64,000 nucleotides of DNA from Burkholderiales bacterium (GTDB lineage: Bacteria > Pseudomonadota > Gammaproteobacteria > Burkholderiales > Ga0077523): the NCBI GenBank assembly GCA_019745565.1, contig JAIESW010000024.1:129-64128 (forward strand), written 5' to 3'. The notes beneath the pieces were generated by a model. That model did no database searches. It was not told where the DNA came from and worked only from the letters and a program-made list of their open reading frames with translations. This document shows positions 63,818 through 64,000 of the stretch, in pieces; position 1 is the first letter of the stretch; the number at the start of each line of letters is the position of its first letter. Made by a program: the position numbers and the translations under genes.

Positions 63818-64000
63818 GCGCTGGACGCGCAGCGTGGCAGTCTTCCTGATCCGGCCGCCCGGGCGGCGGCCGCTCCCGGACCGGATGTCGCACCGACATT
63901 GCGGGGCGATGCGAAGCGCATGAAATGCTGAAGGGAAGGAGTTCCCGGTCGATTACTACGAGGTATGGAGATTTCTCCCGACCCTGCCGGCAGCCTCCTC

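Noticed and set aside
1-64000. Mobile element, prophage, integron or defence island.
   Set aside because: I could not recognise a transposase, integrase, recombinase, phage structural gene, toxin-antitoxin, restriction or Cas gene. I also found no tRNA/tmRNA attachment site and no terminal inverted or direct repeats flanking any block.
63818-64000. Possible gene start near 63965 (ATGGAGATTTCT…) at the right edge.
   Set aside because: Only 36 nt of frame are visible. The SD spacing is poor (AAGGAG lies 22 nt upstream; GAGG lies 1 nt upstream). There is not enough evidence.

Overview
GC-rich (third codon positions almost all G/C), gene-dense chromosomal segment. Gene content suggests a proteobacterium, possibly Burkholderiales-like, but this is a low-confidence guess. 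I call 65 CDS. I found no rRNA, tRNA, CRISPR array, transposase, integrase or phage gene. Many track ORFs are antisense or N-terminally over-extended artefacts of the high GC content, so I trimmed starts using motifs, SD sites and start/stop overlaps.

Layout:
- (1) 1-5402, minus strand: acyl-CoA ligase plus a HAAT (LivGHM plus binding protein) ABC importer operon.
- (2) 5526-8003: Crp/Fnr regulator, 3-hydroxyacyl-CoA dehydrogenase, and an unknown secreted protein.
- (3) 8082-25456, about 17 kb of co-directional minus-strand genes. These appear to encode a complete hydroquinone/hydroxyquinol to 3-oxoadipate to succinyl-CoA plus acetyl-CoA route: two-subunit hydroquinone dioxygenase, Rieske protein, semialdehyde dehydrogenase, PcaIJ, maleylacetate reductase, PcaF-like thiolase and hydroxyquinol 1,2-dioxygenase. 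A second HAAT ABC importer, a Tat-exported flavoprotein plus monohaem cytochrome c pair, and two reductases sit inside this block. A divergent IclR regulator lies upstream, with three GTTC-N7-GAAC boxes in the shared promoter region.
- (4) 26701-33731: assorted housekeeping-type genes (SDR, S1C-PDZ protease, AKR, TerB, MFS, ChaC, CBS).
- (5) 33700-36558: tightly overlapping arsR-arsI-arsC-arsN2-acr3 operon with a perfect 10-4-10 operator palindrome.
- (6) 36672-45755: tartrate dehydrogenase-like gene, D-aminoacylase, GST, PhaZ, a serine-glyoxylate aminotransferase/hydroxypyruvate reductase pair, and a DUF3830/NTF2-like pair.
- (7) 46074-60199: a plus-strand N-heterocycle/ureide catabolic island. 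It holds a NodB-fold amidohydrolase, an OCD-family enzyme, a PotABCD-type importer, an unknown 103-aa MCGLCG protein, a COG0523 GTPase, PreT/PreA, a carbamoylase, an asparaginase and a dihydropyrimidinase.
- (8) 60976-63817: a divergent PQQ dehydrogenase (no vicinal Cys-Cys, lanthanide-type WDFD), a cytochrome c and a small HExxH protein.

A family of about 90-bp nested-palindrome REP-like elements (six full copies plus a partial one) occupies intergenic and intercistronic gaps. All homology calls rest on motif recognition by eye; no database search was possible.
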